Assembly (NCBI GenBank): GCA_028353405.1
Contig: JAOMOG010000001.1
Location: 24,717 to 88,716, forward strand
DNA length: 64,000 nt
DNA from: Candidatus Poseidoniaceae archaeon
Lineage (GTDB): Archaea; Thermoplasmatota; Poseidoniia; Poseidoniales; Poseidoniaceae
Direction: 5' to 3'
The position numbers were made by a program, and so were the translations under genes. Every line of letters starts with the position of its first letter. Within the stretch, counting starts at the first letter, position 1. Below are positions 61,847 through 64,000 of the stretch, piece by piece. Below the pieces are notes generated by a model, which saw only the letters and a program-made list of their open reading frames with translations, searched no databases and had not been told where the DNA came from.

Positions 61847-64000
61847 ATGTCGGGTGCGGGTAGCAAGGCTTTACCAATAAAATCAATGCTCCTAGCGTTC
61901 TTTTTCCTTGCCCAAATATTGACTCCGATTCTTTCAAATATAGCAGTTGAACAAGAAATATTGCAACCGGAAGAGGTGGTAATGAACACTTCCCTAGTAC
62001 CATTTTCTAATGGCTATGGTCACGACTTTGCAGACACTGTAATTGATTTTGACGGACTTCAGGGTGCTACTGTTAGAAGTGAATCTGCATTGGATGTTTG
62101 GAGAAGTGAAGTGCTGTACTCTCAACCACTATTGGCAAACATGGCCAATGAAACTCCAGGAACGCCAGACCTCGTTGTCACTGGACGAGAGAAGTTGAAC
62201 TTCTGTTGGTCAACACTTGAGGGTAATATTCGTGTTGCTGGGCGCTATTTAAATGGTAATTGGGATGAGTCATTAGTCGATACAGTGGCACCTGTAACTA
62301 ATCAATCCACATTAGTTGATTGTGCGATTTCGGTGACAAATAACGGCAGATATCAGTTATTATATGTAGACGGTAATGATCTCAAAATGGCAAGAATTGC
62401 GTACGAGTCTCCACCTTATATCTCACAAACTTGGCATACAAGAACAATAATTGAAGATGCTAATGTGACGAACTTAGAACTTTCAAACACTCTGAATGAC
62501 TTAGAATGGGGATTGTTTAGAAATACGGATGGCCAATTATGGCAGGTAAGTTACACTGGCACTAGATGGCAGACAACGTTGATGGACAATGGCCCAGTTG
62601 GCGAAGATTTTGAATTAATGATTGATTCAAATGATATTATTCACATTTTGTACACCTTGCCGTCAGATGGCGAAGTGCGCCTTATTAGAATTGAAAATGG
62701 TGTCCAAGACAATCGCGTCTTAGCTCGTGATAGTAATCTTGGCCAAATGATTGGAATGGGATTAGATTCAAACTTATACGAGCAAATAGCGACTTCTATC
62801 GTCGATGGCGACAATACTACAGTGCAACTCCTTCGTTCACTTTCTGGACAGGATGATGGTCGGATCGACACACAAGCAAATTGGGTACTTTCAGGAGCCA
62901 CTGACGTTGCTGAAGGAGATTTATTAGTAGGTGATTTCAATGCTGATGGGTTTGATGATTTTGCTTACAACAACCCTTATGCTAATAGTAATGGATTGAT
63001 TGAAAACGGTCAAGCGACCATATATTTTGGTGCGTCTACAGGGCCAAATACAACTCAAGCAGACATCATTATCAATGGAGAATCCTCAGAAGATAGATTG
63101 TCATCAGGTATTGCAGTTGGGGATTATAACGGCGATGGTTATGATGATTTAGCATTGGGTATTCCCGGATTTGATGCACTAGGTAATGACAGCGATGATC
63201 ATGGTAAAGTAGAGATTTACCTTGGAAATTCCAATGGCCTTAGCAATACCACTTGGTGGAATCAAAGCGGTGCTGCTGGTGATGCATTAGGTTGGAAATT
63301 AGAATCCATTAATGATGGCGACTTTGATGGCGACTTTGAATTAGCAGCAGTTTCAAAGAATTGGTCTGAAGTAGTTACTGAAGTAAAAAATAATACGGGT
63401 CAGGTTAGTATTTTCTTAGGAAGTTCAGCATCACCAACCCTTGATAGAAATATTAGCCAAAGTAAGAATGGTAATTTATTCGGCAGAGCATTAGCAAGTG
63501 GAGGTGACCTTAACGGTGATGGATTTGCTGATTTGGCAATCGCTAATACAGATTCAGAATTAAGCCCTACAGGTTATTCTTCAATCGAGGTTTTCTATGG
63601 GTCATTATCAGGATATAATGGTACACCAGATGTATATGTTGAATCACTAGACCCAGGTCGATTGATGGGTTGGCAAATTGAAATTATTGCGGATATAAAT
63701 GGTGATGGCTTTGACGAATTAGCATTCTCTGAAATATTCAATAGTACATCATCTTACCAAGCGGGTAAAGTTTGGATGTACCATGGTTCGGCTAATGGCA
63801 TTGGTGGTCTTCCTAGTTATACCATAGAAGGAGATTCTCCAAATGATAGAATGGGTTACGCATTACGTAGTGCTGGCGATGTTAACGAGGATGGATTCAA
63901 TGATATGTTCATTGTCGAAGATGGGGCATTAAGGGATGGTAAAGTCAAACTATTCTTAGGTTCAGCATCAGGATTGAGAAGCGATGTACAAACTATTGTC
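61847..64000 (+). CDS. Secreted FG-GAP/VCBS (integrin-alpha-like) repeat protein, 3'-truncated by the window end
   Basis: It is absent from the supplied ORF track because no stop is reached. I translated 718 codons by hand without finding a stop. Signal 'MLLAFFFLAQILTPIL'. Repeats 'VGDFNADGFDDFA', 'VGDYNGDGYDDLALG', 'GGDLNGDGFADLAIA', 'IADINGDGFDELAF' and 'AGDVNEDGFNDMF' are each preceded by G-x-V-x-hydrophobic-(F/Y/H)-x-G. Confidence 0.85.
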   Translation, partial: MSGAGSKALPIKSMLLAFFFLAQILTPILSNIAVEQEILQPEEVVMNTSLVPFSNGYGHDFADTVIDFDGLQGATVRSESALDVWRSEVLYSQPLLANMANETPGTPDLVVTGREKLNFCWSTLEGNIRVAGRYLNGNWDESLVDTVAPVTNQSTLVDCAISVTNNGRYQLLYVDGNDLKMARIAYESPPYISQTWHTRTIIEDANVTNLELSNTLNDLEWGLFRNTDGQLWQVSYTGTRWQTTLMDNGPVGEDFELMIDSNDIIHILYTLPSDGEVRLIRIENGVQDNRVLARDSNLGQMIGMGLDSNLYEQIATSIVDGDNTTVQLLRSLSGQDDGRIDTQANWVLSGATDVAEGDLLVGDFNADGFDDFAYNNPYANSNGLIENGQATIYFGASTGPNTTQADIIINGESSEDRLSSGIAVGDYNGDGYDDLALGIPGFDALGNDSDDHGKVEIYLGNSNGLSNTTWWNQSGAAGDALGWKLESINDGDFDGDFELAAVSKNWSEVVTEVKNNTGQVSIFLGSSASPTLDRNISQSKNGNLFGRALASGGDLNGDGFADLAIANTDSELSPTGYSSIEVFYGSLSGYNGTPDVYVESLDPGRLMGWQIEIIADINGDGFDELAFSEIFNSTSSYQAGKVWMYHGSANGIGGLPSYTIEGDSPNDRMGYALRSAGDVNEDGFNDMFIVEDGALRDGKVKLFLGSASGLRSDVQTIV

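Noticed and set aside
1-64000. Search for tRNA, rRNA or other canonical structured RNA genes in every intergenic gap over 60 bp
   Set aside because: By eye, none of the gaps (for example 6918-7032, 8732-8819, 10839-10938, 11983-12066, 19183-19415, 46019-46119, 50983-51084, 51715-51781) shows an acceptor/T-arm cloverleaf pattern or rRNA-like conserved blocks. A tRNAscan/Infernal run would be the proper check.

Overview
This is a dense, almost fully coding, visibly AT-rich 64-kb chromosomal window. I recognise no rRNA, tRNA, CRISPR array, transposase or integrase. The gene content reads as archaeal and marine-planktonic; by inference it resembles a Marine Group II/Poseidoniales-like euryarchaeon. 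Supporting genes are Taw1/TYW1-like and Taw2/TYW2-like wyosine genes, an AbrB-PhoU regulator, an HACD(N)-ECH(C) fused beta-oxidation enzyme and stand-alone Lrp/AsnC RAM-domain proteins. Also present are GT2/GT4 glycosyltransferases with GDP-mannose dehydratase, UvrC, a cyclophilin and an S15 peptidase. Roughly 25 kb encodes giant secreted, mostly C-terminally anchored surface proteins (thrombospondin-type-3-like Ca-binding repeats, parallel beta-helix/PKD-like, BNR, FG-GAP). Four things are most worth a second look. (1) A translationally coupled cassette (4083-5502, minus strand) of a minimal E1-like adenylyltransferase, a JAMM/MPN metalloprotease and a 78-aa acidic protein. It has its own promoter and no E2, cyclase or GG-ended beta-grasp partner. 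(2) A short WW-domain-like Trp motif shared by the extreme C-termini of three otherwise unrelated proteins. Two are predicted cytoplasmic tails of anchored surface proteins. The third lies next to a proline-rich repeat membrane protein, an Smr-like protein and a second JAMM protein. (3) A wHTH-headed operon of overlapping micro-ORFs and two similarly built membrane proteins (25485-28442). Its ACCCCCT/AGGGGGT operator-like repeats recur in front of two surface-protein genes, one as an apparent SD-sequestering/anti-sequestering switch. (4) A two-ATPase ABC system whose 1207-aa double-FtsX permease carries an extracytoplasmic pentapeptide-repeat block. All functional calls come from motif recognition by eye; no database search or computation was run.
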